DNA of 51,068 bases from Octopus sinensis (lineage: Eukaryota): assembly GCF_006345805.1 (NCBI RefSeq), contig NW_021834482.1, forward strand, positions 1 to 51,068. Reading direction: 5' to 3'. Shown here piece after piece: positions 34,839 to 48,011 of the stretch (position 1 is its first letter; the number at the start of each line of letters is the position of its first letter). Below the pieces are notes generated by a model, which saw nothing but the letters and a program-made list of their open reading frames with translations, did not search any database and was not told the DNA's origin. The position numbers and the translations under genes are program-made.

Positions 34839-34968
34839 GGAGGCATGGCTGTGTTGTTTAGAAGTTTGGTTTGTAGACATGAAATTGCGGGTTCCGACCC
34901 ACTGTGTTGCCTTTTGGTGGAGAGTTATTCAATATAGTCCCTAGAGGATTTCGCAGAGGGAAACCCTT

Positions 34969-35000
<32 letters not shown>

Positions 35001-35140
35001 CATGTGTATTTGTGTGCGGGTTTGTGTGTATGTGTGTGTGTTTGCATTCGTATCAAGTGGTGCCCCCATCGTAAGACTGTGGTTCAGAGAAAGAAATGAT
35101 AGAATGAGTTCCTAACATCAGAAGTTAGTAGATCCGTGCG
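34839..35140 (+). mobile_element. Old SINE B-related copy
   Basis: ggaggcatggctgtgttgtttagaagtttg...gcgggttccgacccactg, an internal (TG)n, then ggttcagagaaagaaatgatagaatgag. Confidence 0.55.
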
Positions 35141-35174
35141 GCGCCCCAGGAAGGGTGTTCTGTAATGTCTGGAG

Positions 35175-35272
35175 CCGATATATATATATGTATGTATGTG
35201 TGTGTGTGTGTGTGTTTGTGTGTGTGTGTTCGTGCCCTCGTGTATGTGTGTGAGTGTGCGTGCGTGTCTGTC

Positions 35273-35313
<41 letters not shown>

Positions 35314-35360
35314 GTGTATATGTAGGTATGTATTTGTCTGTCTGTCTATATATCTATCTA

Positions 35361-35396
<36 letters not shown>

Positions 35397-35424
35397 ATCT
35401 ATCTATCTATCCATCCATTCATCC

Positions 35425-35499
<75 letters not shown>

Positions 35500-35504
35500 C
35501 ATCC

Positions 35505-35555
<51 letters not shown>

Positions 35556-35560
35556 CATCA

Positions 35561-35630
<70 letters not shown>
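35175..35630. repeat. (TG)n-(TA)n-(TATC)n microsatellite field
   Basis: Directly visible; the (TATC)n part is about 280 bp. Confidence 0.95.
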
Positions 35631-35631
<1 letters not shown>

Positions 35632-35950
35632 ATCACTTCAAGTTGACTGCTCCAATTTCTGTAATTAGTATTAAACAGGTATGTTTATGCCAAACAACAT
35701 AAAAAGTACACGTTCCTTTTCTAGTTATCCACAATTAATATATTCTTATCTACCATATCCGGTAGATTTAAGCCAATAGGGGACAATATCTGCTTTTCAA
35801 AGAAAAAAAAAATGATGTTTGTTTTCCACTTTAATTTTACAACGTTCCATCTTTGCCTAGAAATAATCATCGTTCACAGAAATATCAAGGAAGAAGAGCT
35901 AGTTTTCCTTAACTTAGATACGCCGTATTTTATGTCACAGCATACGAGAC

Positions 35951-36066
35951 TATTCGTTATGCAATCTTATTCCTATTCGTTATGTAATCTTATTCCTATT
36001 CGTTATGTAACCTTATTCCTATTCGTTATGTTACCCATTCCTATTCCCGTTCGTTATGTAACCTTA
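35951..36066. repeat. 23-bp minisatellite (tattcgttatgtaatcttattcc), about 5 units
   Basis: Units start at 35951, 35974, 35997 and 36020, followed by a partial unit. Confidence 0.92.
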
Positions 36067-36487
36067 GAAAAAATCACATATTCTGCTCCGATGCTTCACT
36101 GTAAATCCGGTGTGAATTAAATTTTGATATTTAATTTTGATCTCCAGAAGTGGATGAAGATAACTTGTAAATATTATTATATAGCATCTACATAATTACA
36201 TGTATATGTTTATACATACACTTTTGTGCTTACATACAATTTTAAGAATATATATATGTATGTGTGTGTGTGTGTTTAAGGTTGTATATATGCATGTGTA
36301 TAAATGATTTACGTGTATGTAAACATCTATGCATGCGTATACAATTAATTCATAGATACGAGTAGATACAAATATATGTGTGTGTATGTATCGTATGTAT
36401 ACAGAAAAGCAGTGTCTGTAAATACGAGTATATATACATATTCACACACATCACGCACTTCCGCACCGCAAATAACCCATCGCATAC

Positions 36488-37020
36488 CTACATACATACA
36501 TACATACATACATACTTACATACATACATACCTACATACATACATAAATATATACATACATACATACATACATACATACATACATACATACATACATACA
36601 TGCATACATGCATACATGCATACATACACACATACATACTTACATACATGCATACATACATACATACATACATACATACCTACTTACATACATACATAAA
36701 TACATACCTACCTACATAGATACATACATAAATACATACATACATACATAAATACATACACACACACATATATATTTATATATATGCAATTGGTTATACA
36801 CGGTGCGGAGGTGGGTGTATATATATATGTGTATATATATATATATATACAAATATATATAAGTATGTAAATTTATATGTAAATATATATAGATATATAT
36901 ATATATATTTATATATATATATATATATATATATACTATATATAGACATATATATATATATGTGTGTGGTATGTGTGTGGGTGTGTGTGTGTGTGTGTGT
37001 GTTGGTGTGTGTGTGGTGTT
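36488..37020. repeat. (CATA)n-(TA)n-(TG)n microsatellite field
   Basis: Directly visible. Confidence 0.92.
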
Positions 37021-37324
37021 GTGTGTAGGGTATATTTAAATCGATGCATATAATGTATGCATACACTGAATCAACGTTTGTTTCATGTTTGAGAATCCCA
37101 TTTTTAATGAATCTCGGGAAATATCAAAGATATTCTCTCTACTCTAAAATTAGCGAAACGCTGACACGGGTCAATTGATGGATTAATCGAAAAATTCTTA
37201 TATAAAATCGCGGCATTGCAATACATTCAAAAGCGAAACAATAACAAAGCTAATACAACAACAATAAAGATAAACAATAACAGTGAATAGCTCGAATAGG
37301 AAGAAAAAGTAAAGAAGCATAAGT

Positions 37325-37619
37325 AAAAGAAGAAGAAGAAGAAGAATGGAAGAAGAAGAATGGAAGAACAAGAAGAATTGGAAGAAGAAGAAGAAGAATT
37401 GGAAGAAGAAGTAGGAAGAAGTAAGAAGAAGAAGAAGAGAAGAAGAAGAAGAAGAAGAAGAAGAAGAAGAAGAAGAAGAAGAAGGAGAAAAAGAAGAATT
37501 GGAAGAAGAAGGAGAAGAAGAAGAAAGACATGTAAAGTTTTAGCATGAAAGGTTGGAAAATAAATCATTACAATCAAAACCTCGAAATAACCACAACAAC
37601 AACAACAACAACAACAACA

Positions 37620-37686
<67 letters not shown>
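37325..37686. repeat. (GAA)n purine tract then (AAC)n(ACT)n
   Basis: Directly visible; the poly-R, poly-T, poly-V and poly-S ORFs here are artefacts of the repeats. Confidence 0.92.
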
Positions 37687-37687
37687 A

Positions 37688-37733
37688 GAGGTTGTTTATG
37701 GAAGACCAGCAGTCGCCCATGCACACCAGCCTT
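37688..37733 (-). mobile_element. Short fragment of SINE family D
   Basis: gaggttgtttatggaagaccagcagtcgcccatgca is the reverse complement of about 29006-29041. Confidence 0.75.
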
Positions 37734-37784
37734 TCGGTAGATGTTTGAGGACACGGCAAACCAACGGTTGTTCTGTGTATTTAC

Positions 37785-37906
37785 CATCTGTTCGTATTGC
37801 AGCTTCCGGTGCTAATGACAAGCAGTACAGCATGTTGTTTCCAAATTTCTGGCAGTGTGAATTGCGTCATTGAGTTGTGTTCCTCACAGACGGTGCCCGA
37901 CTGACC
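37785..37906 (-). CDS. Candidate exon (122 nt; GQSGTVCEEHNSMTQFTLPEIWKQHAVLLVISTGSCNTNR)
   Basis: Minus: gatttttcctctacacattatagtAG|GGTCAG...AGATG|GTaaat; one open frame. It requires use of the distal AG of a TAGTAG pair. Confidence 0.22.
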
Positions 37907-38453
37907 CTACTATAATGTGTAGAGGAAAAATCATGAACACACAATGCGCATGCCGAAAAAGAAATGGCCACAATTTACCCATTGCGCTCTGTATACACAC
38001 ACATACACATATACATACACATACGCATATACGTACACATATGTGTATTTGTATGTATCTACAGTGACTTGCCTAAGTTTATAAACTAATTATATAAACT
38101 TATACAGTTTCATTGCACCTAATTTGTTTCGTACAAATATTTTACGTCCAGGAAAGCAAACATTCGCTCTACAGAAATCTAAATGTCGATGACATTTAAA
38201 ACTCATTGATGCATCGTTTATAAATCTATGTACAGTTTATAGCAGTATGAACTATTTCCAGCTCTATATACGAAATAACCACAATGTTAACATATAGTTT
38301 TGGTTAGCATAAATCTGTTATGTAAATATGGCGTTACGCCAGGACAAACATTCATAACAATTCATTAGTTATTGGGCTGTTGCTTGAAAATAAAATAAAT
38401 CTTCCTCGAAATAACTGTTCTCTTGAATCTATTAATTAAAACTATACGATCTA

Positions 38454-38454
<1 letters not shown>

Positions 38455-38542
<88 letters not shown>

Positions 38543-38544
38543 CA

Positions 38545-38620
<76 letters not shown>
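38455..38620. repeat. (TATC)n microsatellite
   Basis: Directly visible. Confidence 0.95.
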
Positions 38621-38649
38621 GAGGTAGCAATTTATCTCAGTTTGTAATA

Positions 38650-38985
38650 AGAAGTTTGCTTCTCAACCGCATAGTTCTGGGTTCAGTCCCACTGCATGGC
38701 GCTTTGAGTAAGTGTCTTCTACTATAGACGCCGGCCGACCAAATCGATTTAGTTGGTAGAATGGATTTGTTAGACGGAAAATAAAACAAAACTTACGCAT
38801 ATATATATATATATATAAATATATATACATGTATATGCACGTGTGTGTGTGTGTGTATGATTGTATATGTGCTTCGGGTCTGTGATTGTCACCTCGCTGC
38901 GCTTCAGAACCGATGTTAGTGTATCTATATCTCCATAAATTAGAGGTCAGCAAAAGAGACTGATTGAATAAGTACCAGCTTTAAG
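38650..38985 (+). mobile_element. SINE family B, diverged
   Basis: gaagtttgcttctcaacc...gggttcagtcccactgcatggc...gtgtcttctactatag, an internal microsatellite, then gcaaaagagactgattgaataagtacc. Confidence 0.8.
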
Positions 38986-39000
38986 GAATATATGTATGTA

Positions 39001-39135
39001 TATATGTATGTATATATACCTTTTACTTGTGACAGTCATGATAGATTAATGGGGGTCATTCTTTCGACTAGAAATTATCCAAGTCGGTGCCCTATCATGA
39101 CTGTCACAAGTAAAAGGTATATATACATACATATA
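39001..39135. mobile_element. Small MITE-like hairpin with 44-bp perfect arms
   Basis: 39001-39044 is the exact reverse complement of 39092-39135 (core ccttttacttgtgacagtcatgatag); 47-bp spacer. Confidence 0.8.
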
Positions 39136-40262
39136 AAACGAAGTAAAGTTGAGAGGTACCGCATGAGTGGAAATATATATGAAAGAAGGTTTGAAAATGC
39201 AATTTTAAAGATGTTTATTCACTTGACCGGTTTCACATTTTTAGAAAAATATTGTCAAAAGTAAAATGTAAAGCTTTGTATAAGCTTTGTTGTGTTAAGT
39301 ACTGGTTATCACAAAAGTATCAAAATACAGTTACTCATTCTTTGATAATAATAAGAAACTTTTAAAAACACTTTACAAGAAAGTATTTAAGAAAGTATTC
39401 AACGAAATGTAAATGTCAGAAAGACAGGTTAGTTCTACTCCAATTTTCTGTAAATTCTTAAATATGTCTTCCACTGTATTTATATATATATATATATACT
39501 ACCAAACAAACATAATTTTTATTGAACATTTTGTTGAATACTATTTGTTGACTATGAAGTTCAGATTGTTTTGTAACAAGCGTAGCATACAGTTTGATCG
39601 GCCATTGCTTCCCAGTATATATATGTGTGTGTGTATGTGTGTGTGTGTGCGTGTAAGAATAGAAATAGGTTGCGGTTCTCTACACCTTTTTCAGTATATG
39701 CAGGTATATGCAAGTCTGTATATAAAAGCACAATTATCTGTATGTATCGAGGCAGAATTATATTTCGTTGAAAATCGATTAAAACTATCCTTTCTTTAGC
39801 AAGTCCCCTCAAACTCATTGTTATATGACGAGTGTCAAGCGCTCCAGAAATGAATCTCCGACTTGGTAATTGATGTGAGTGTGCTCCGAAGATGTCACTA
39901 ACATGATCAAAATAGAACTTACTAAACTTAATTCAGATAAGAAGTAAATGCGGGGTCTTAGCCGTTTTGAATTTGTGTTTATATGTCAAAAGTCAAAGAA
40001 TTTAGCATATAAATACATCAAGATTTGGTCTAAGTATACCCAATAAATTAAGATTTGACTTTGATTCAAAATTCCCAAACATAAAGGCGAACATATTTCA
40101 TAATTTGAAAGACATATCTCGTTATGAGAAGCGGTGGCAGACGTACAATAGCTCACTTTACTCGAGACATTGCTTGCTGTCCTCTCTCTCTGAACCTGTC
40201 CTTTCCAAGTATTCTGTAGCAGATGTTTATTTAATACATACACACACACACACACTCACACC

Positions 40263-40310
<48 letters not shown>

Positions 40311-41192
40311 ATATAAATTAGATAAAAACCACCTTTTATCAATTCAATAATGAAAAATAAAATTATTCCATTCAGAAAAATTACATATTATAGAAAGATT
40401 AAATATAAGATAAAACATGTAACAATGATTACTTAATGTGCAAAATAATAAATAAAACGTATATATTTAGTATATATATATATACATTTTATTTATTATT
40501 TTGCATATATATTTATATAATATCTATATATATATATATATATATAACTTATAATATACATATGTATGTATATATGTTTAAGATAAGTATAATGATATCA
40601 TATATATATAGAGTACATATAATACTATATCTACATTAGTGGCTATCATTTTTTTTTATTTACCACCTCCACAGCGAAGTGTTTCGTTCCTCTTCTCCCG
40701 CCCAAGTATATTAATATAGCATATGAATACGAGAGAGTTCAATTGTCTAATATCTAGTGAATTATTCTTCAAATGAAACTGGACTCGGTAACTTGGATGA
40801 AAAATTTATTAAAAAAAAACTTAAATTTCCACTTGGTGCCTAAAATGTAAATGTAAATTGACGGATTAGAAAAAAAATCTCAACCGTGAAATCAATCACG
40901 ATTTTGAACCTGGAACTCAATGAGGTCTTAAGACTTGTTTGTCATTCATATCTTCATACAAAGGACGGAGGTTCCTTTTTGATTGCTAACCTTCCGTCTG
41001 TTTCTCGTTTCAGGTGTTTCCTAGATTTTGTCTTGAGTGAGAAAAAGAAACAAAAAATAGTGAACCCGAACTCACAATATTACGCCTTTGTAAATAATGT
41101 AGAGATACGGTACTTGGTTGTAATCAATTAATGACTAAATCTACTTATACAGAATAATACTTTCTGGTATTGGTACATGTTTGAAATTTGGT

Positions 41193-41367
41193 GGGAGGGG
41201 TAAGTCGATTACATCGCCCCCAGTGTTCAAGTGGTACTTATTTCGTCGACCCTGAAAAGATGAAGGGCAAAGCCGACCTCGGTAGAATTTGAATTTAAGA
41301 CGTAAAGATGGACGAAACGCCGCTAAGCATTTTGTCCGGTGTTCTAACGATGCTGCTGGCTCACCGC
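41193..41367 (-). mobile_element. SINE family A, older subfamily
   Basis: taagtcgattacatcgcccccagtg...ggtacttatttcgtcgaccctgaaaagatgaagggcaaagccgacctcggtagaatttgaa. Confidence 0.85.
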
Positions 41368-42903
41368 GCTATTGTTACGGAATAATAAATATCTAAGTGT
41401 GCGAAACGCTTGCAACACGCATTTTCGACCAACGCGCTGACGTTTCTGCTGACCCAATGTCAGATGAAGGGGAGCTTCGTGAAAAGAATCTTGACTAGAA
41501 CGAGTAATATTAGACCTGTTTTCATTTCAGATTTATTAGCTAAGATGGAGGGGTATCATCCATTATATTTGTAGGCCCTCCCAGGTCGGCGAAGCTAATA
41601 TTATTAATGTTTTGTTTAAGCTACTGCAGATTAACACTTACGAGAAAGATACGAGTAGAGATACGATTCAGGGAGTCGATGTTCTCTGGAACTGACTCAG
41701 AGAGAGTTAAAGGCATCAAGAATAACAAGAGGCAGAAAGTCTTGTAAATAAAGTATCTGTGAATGATGGAGGAACGAGACCAGTCGTCTTAGAAGAACAG
41801 GGGCTATAATTGTGGTGATAGAAAAGAGAGGTCGATGAAGTACACGAGTAGGTCAGAAAATTTAGTTGATGTGCTGACGAAGACGGCGAGACAGAGTATA
41901 ACAGAATAACAAGAAATAAATGAAGATAAAGGAATTATACATCTGTGTTGGGTGAGGTTGTTAAGATTACTGTAATAAAGTTTGGGAATATCAAGTATTT
42001 TCTATGCTGTGTTGATTCATGATATCTTCACACAGTCATGCTAACTTGGGCTGGAGAAACGTAATATTGTTTCACTTTCATGCAATTTCTATGTCTTTAA
42101 TAAATGATGTTTATGTACATTACGCAAATCGAAATATAGTGAAAAAAACCCAACTTTACAGTAAGTATAGATTCAGTATGTGCATAATACACTTGCTGGT
42201 TAGAAGATAAATTACACGTTAGAAAACTATACTAAATACTTTTCTTTTATGATCTTCAGATTTGGTGTCCAATATTATATATTATCCTGCGTTGCTGGAG
42301 TAAAACCAGAAATATACCAAAATAGTTATTGAATTTTAAGACGTAATCTTACAAAAATTTTCCTATAACAAAAATAGTAAATGTTTGTATTACTTTTTGC
42401 TATAATTGTTTTAAGTCGGTTTGAAATAAAAACAAAACGACAAAGTTAAAAATCTATAATTTTTTTTATTCATGATTACATGTTCGGTTCCCGCCGCATA
42501 GGAAGTGTTGTTTTCTTTTCACTCAAGTATTGGTATCATTCTCCCATCTGTGCTATAGTAAAATGTATCTGTTTCTTCATAAATGAATATAAAGAATATC
42601 ATATAACACACACACACACACACACGCACACACAAAATAAAAAAAAATTGAGATTCATGTCTATACCAGAAACACTTATTAATTCTCCCCAAGGGGCGAA
42701 AGGCAAAAATGACCTTGGCATCAGGCAATTCTATAAAAGCCATAAATATTTAAGAAATCATTATTCAGGTGGTGAGGTTATATTAATCTTCCTGCTGCAT
42801 TCTGTCCAAACAGCCGGCGTACGATATAATCAAGATATCTTGATGTCACGCAGAAGCTGGAATGATTTTATAATAATAGCTTATTGGCTAAACTCAGTGT
42901 TAC

Positions 42904-42983
42904 CTTATTGATGAGAACTTGGCAATTTCTTATCCGGAAATTGTACCTATGGTCCGTTGTGAACCCAACCAATGAATCTTTGT
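42904..42983 (-). CDS. Speculative exon (80 nt; xKDSLVGFTTDHRYNFRIRNCQVLINK)
   Basis: Minus: gtgtttaccAG|ACAAAG...AATAAG|GTaaca. One open frame, and the phase-0 end is compatible with the candidate exon at 37906. Weak acceptor. Confidence 0.13.
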
Positions 42984-43581
42984 CTGGTAAACACTACACC
43001 ACTAGAAGATAACATGAGCGTTATTGAAACCGGTTGTTAAGAATACGCTCGAATGTATTCTTTTTTAAAAAAAATCGATAGATCATTTCCCCGCCCTTTC
43101 GACCTCCATGCCTGTGTTCCTTCTCAATATTCTGTCTGATTTCCTTTATTCCTCATTGAAGTTTAGCTACGAGTCGCTGAAAATGTCTATCGATCAGTGT
43201 TATTATACCTAAACCTGCTTATCGAAGCGGACTTCCACGTCTGTCGGACATCGCAGAAATTATTAATTATATGTCAATTATTAACGATTACACGTAGCAA
43301 AGCCATATAAAGGAATAATGCAGTTTTACGCGTACTTTAATGGAAATAAACAAACCGACGCAAGTTGAAACATGCAATTTTCAGAAATGAAGAAAACAAA
43401 AAAAAAGGGGGAAGCTTACACCCGATATCCAGCTGCCCGCCAATATAATGTTCAAATAGCTTTATCAGAGTTTCGTCTGCTTCCCTTGCTCAAACTTATA
43501 TATTTATATACGCTACTTTCTACTTAGATATTTAGATTACCAATAATTTTTTATAATGGATTAAAAAATAGAGCAAATTCT

Positions 43582-43718
43582 GAAGTGGCTGTGTGGCAAG
43601 TAGCTTGCTTACCAACCACATGGTTCCGGGTTCAGTCTTCTACTATAGCCTCGGGCCGACCAAAGCCTTGTGAGTGGATTTGGTAGATGGAAACTGAAAG
43701 AAGCCTTTCGTATATATG

Positions 43719-43755
<37 letters not shown>

Positions 43756-43987
43756 GTGTGCGTGTGTGTTTGTGTGTCTGTGTTTGTTCCCCTAGTATTG
43801 CTTGACAGCCGATGCTGGTGTGTTTATGTCCCCATCACCTAGCGGTTCGGCAAAAGAGACCGATAAAATAAGTACTGGGTTTACAAAGAATAAGTCCCAG
43901 GATCGAGTTGCTCGATTAAAGATGGTGCTCCAGCATGGCCGCAGTCAAATGACTGAAACAAGTAAAAGAGTAAAAGGGTAAGAGTAA
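43582..43987 (+). mobile_element. SINE family B (28-bp internal deletion)
   Basis: Family head, internal (TA)n/(TG)n and tail are present; the sequence jumps ttcagtc|ttctactatagcc. Confidence 0.95.
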
Positions 43988-44260
43988 ATGGAATTTCGTG
44001 TCTCTTCCTCCACCATATTTCTTTCTCTATTTCTCTGTCCTGATATATGTATGTATATATGTATGCGTATATACATATATACGCATATATATACATACAT
44101 ACATATATACATGTATGTATGCGTGTGTGAGCGACGTCTGTGTATCTGTTTGTGTGTGTATGTGTGTGGTTACTATATATGCCCTCGACAGAAAACAACA
44201 AGCGTTGCTCTCTGGTCGAGTAATGTATTCACGAAACTAACAATTTGAATCACTTTCGTA

Positions 44261-44347
<87 letters not shown>

Positions 44348-44629
44348 GAAATATGTTACGAAAAGAAAATATAAAATACACGTGGAAAATTAAGGTAAAA
44401 TATGAAAATCAACGAAAATGCACCTTACACTTAGAAAAAGGCTATTTATGACAGGTAACGACAAATATATACATTTATATTGACTGAGGTAGTAATATGA
44501 GTCATAAAAGGCATTATTATGAGATGATTATAAGGTGATAATAAAGTAAGAAAACAAAACGAACCATGGTTTACGCAAAGCTATTCATCGTTTGAACAAC
44601 ATATATATATATATATATATATATCATCT

Positions 44630-45007
44630 TCAGCGACAAGTCCCTCAGGCGTCCATTTGACACCGTTGGTCACAGCACGCTGTCCACTCCTCTCTGGATC
44701 GCGACTTCCTCATCATCCTCGTGGTCCCAATCGCTCTCCTGAAATCGTAACTCCACCGTCGTGGAAACCTTCCGGGTGGTCGTTTCAGCTCGCGCGGGTA
44801 CCACTCGACAACTGCGCTGGTCCACCGATTATCGGTGAGCTGGACGACGTGTCCTCCAGCCCATCTGAACTTGCTGCGTGCATATTCTACGATGAAATCC
44901 CTCCCGCCGGACTTCTCTCTGGTGGCCTCGCTACTGATGTGCTCTCTACACGAGATTCAAAGCATTGACCTCTCCATGGATCCTTGAGCCGTTACCAATC
45001 TCTGTTC
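44630..45007 (-). mobile_element. RTE-clade LINE 3' end (a second, different RTE family)
   Basis: Minus 45007-44645: EQRLVTAQGSMERSML*ISCREHISSEATREKSGGRDFIVEYARSKFRWAGGHVVQLTDNRWTSAVVEWYPRELKRPPGRFPRRWSYDFRRAIG...DA*. It has the typical RTE AQRAMER.ML / KW.WAGH / D.RWT..V.EW.PR / GRP..RW motifs. Confidence 0.9.
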
Positions 45008-45199
45008 CTCTCTCTTTGTTGTAGCCCATGTTTCACTAAAAATAAATCACACACACACATGTAAATATATATATATATAGTCTTACCTTTTAATAACTAC
45101 GCCAAACGAAGGATCAACACCGCATTTCACGGTTTCATTTCAACTTGGTAATTACATATCCCAAAAGTCCTACTCACCTTAATCTTACTTTTTTCTCTC

Positions 45200-45266
<67 letters not shown>

Positions 45267-45520
45267 TTATTATTATTTTTATTAGCATCTTCTTTTAAAT
45301 CTGTTTCCATCTCCTACCTCTTCTTCGTCTTCTGCTTCTTCCTCTTCCCTTCCTCTTCTTCTTCTTCTTTTTCTTCTTCTTCATTTTTGTTCTTTTCCTT
45401 CCTCTTCTTCATTTTTGTTGTTGTTGTTGTTGTTCTTCTTCTTCTTCTTCTTCTCCTTCTTCTGCTCCTTCTTCTTCTACTACTACTTCTTCTTCCTCTT
45501 CTTCTATTACTTCTTCTTCT
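45200..45520. repeat. (TTA)n and (CTT)n/(GTT)n trinucleotide tracts
   Basis: Directly visible. Confidence 0.9.
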
Positions 45521-46056
45521 TGTTGTGGTTTCTGTTGATTTGGAAGTTGTACTTGTTTTGATTTAAATTCAAATATAAACGTTTATTTCCCAAAATTCTA
45601 TTGCTAATTCACTGATTTTTAATTGATATAAGATTACGGGAACAAGAAAAGAAATGCGAATAAATATTAAGCAAGTATTAAATTGCAAATAAAGAGCAAT
45701 AAACAACAGTCGAATAAATAGAAAAATATCACATTCAATTAGGGGAGGCCATTTGATTTATTCAGTTAATTAGCCTGTCCGATATATTCCATACATTCAC
45801 GACTTATAATAAGCCAACAAACAAACCATTGTCGTATATACTAGAAACGAAATCAACATATTTTTATCTGGTGTTGGAGAAATTAGGAATGCAAATGTCT
45901 TAATTGAGATACAGTTTATTGAAGTTAGATGGCAATAAAGAAAACGGTGTAGCCTCATTAAGTGTACGAAAATGCGATTGGATATTTCTGTCTTTCAATT
46001 TAACCCATCTACTCTGATTTTCACTCTTCTTTTACTATTTCATACTCCCCCCTCTC

Positions 46057-46096
<40 letters not shown>

Positions 46097-46192
46097 TCAA
46101 TATAGGGTGGCAAAAAATTTTGTAGAATTTTTTTGTCACCAGCGGCCGAGTGGGAAAAAATTAAATAGTCATAGACCATTTATAAGTTCAAC

Positions 46193-46416
46193 ATCACAAT
46201 CAAGGAACGGCCATAATAGGCCATTCACCCACTAGAAATAACAGCCAAAGCTTCAACCGCAAAATAACATTAATTCCGCAAACCAGGAGAAAATTACAGG
46301 GTAAACGTTTTTTTAATTTTCTCCTGGTTTGCGGAATTAATGTTATTTTGCGGTTGAAGCTTTGGCTGTTATTTCTAGTGGTGAATGGCCTATTATGGCC
46401 GTTCCTTGATTGTGAT
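46193..46416. repeat. Near-perfect 224-bp palindrome (104/103-bp arms, one indel, 17-nt spacer)
   Basis: 46193-46296 versus 46314-46416: identical as reverse complements except for one C. Confidence 0.97.
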
Positions 46417-46417
46417 A

Positions 46418-46489
<72 letters not shown>

Positions 46490-46699
46490 CATATATACAT
46501 ATAATATTAATTCGAAACAAAACCACTATTTTGCAAAACAAACAAGGAAAGACTTAATCAATACATAAAAATTTTTAATATAAAGAAATAAACCGCCACT
46601 ACAATCGTTTCATGTCTTCAATGACATTCGTCAGGTGGATTTTCGATCTCCTAATCTGTTTTAATTTATGAAGTCATATGTATACATATATATATATAC

Positions 46700-47142
<443 letters not shown>

Positions 47143-47498
47143 CGGTGATATATATATGTCTGTGTGTGTATGCACAAATATAAATACATACGTACAAATG
47201 TACATGCGCATTGCACACACAAGAATTTATATATATTTAACTGTTTTTAGTTATGTGAATCCAAATCATGCAATATTTCAACATCTATCTCTGACATCCT
47301 CACTCAATCTGCCAGTGTGTGTGTGTGTGTGTGCGTGTACTGAATGTCTTTGCTCAAAACTTCAAATGGGACTTGTTATTTACCATTAAGAACTTTTCGA
47401 TAAACAACAACACAGAAAGAACAAATTGATGACGTCATCTGAATGTATGCAATGACGCTCATCAAAACAACTTATGATTTGCCAACGTTTATATAATA

Positions 47499-48011
47499 CT
47501 AGCAGTATCGCCCGGCGTTGCTCGGGTTTGTAAGGGAAATAACTATATAAGCATTTTTAGAGAGTTACTTCCCTTATAGATGCCAATTCGGGCTTTCTTA
47601 GCCATTTCTGTTTTGGTGTCTTCAAGCCATGAAGTCGTTGTTCTAAAAGAACGCTGGTCTCCTTGACAACGCTTTACGACGTTGATTTCCTCACACTCCC
47701 TTCCCCACAGCTTCACGAGGGAGGGAAGAAGGGGGAGAAGCAAACAGGTGCAGGTGTGACCATGGACGCCAACTCCGCCACCATCGACACACGAAAAATT
47801 ATGCATTAAAATGGAATAAAAAATTATGTTAAATTATTTTTAAAATCGTAGACTCATCGTAGACGCGCGCTAATAGCCAGACGGGCTCGATATGAATCAC
47901 GACTATAAGATACCCGAATTTGGTTAAACTGCACCGCAAAATGTGGGAGTAGTTAGGAATCTAAATCGAAGGGGACAGACACTCACACAACTACAGTTTT
48001 ATATATATAGA
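47499..48011 (-). mobile_element. Complete non-autonomous Helitron (513 bp)
   Basis: Minus: A|TCTATATATATAAAA at the 5' end; 3' end CCCGagcaacgcCGGG hairpin + cgatactg + CTAG|T. It sits in an A-T dinucleotide without a TSD, the canonical Helitron hallmarks. Confidence 0.9.

Noticed and set aside
37227-37787. Poly-Ser/Cys/Leu, poly-Arg, poly-Thr and poly-Val ORFs
   Set aside because: They are (GAA)n, (AAC)n and (ACT)n trinucleotide tracts.
40760-40830. VT.DEKFI-like motif suggesting another mariner remnant
   Set aside because: A single short motif needing an indel, with no collinear support.
41590-41990. Possible antisense CR1/L2 RT remnant
   Set aside because: No intact RT motif (GVPQGS, YADD) recoverable by eye.
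42480-42911. 143-aa plus-strand ORF
   Set aside because: TTG start, spans a (CA)n tract and an A-run, and has no recognisable domain.
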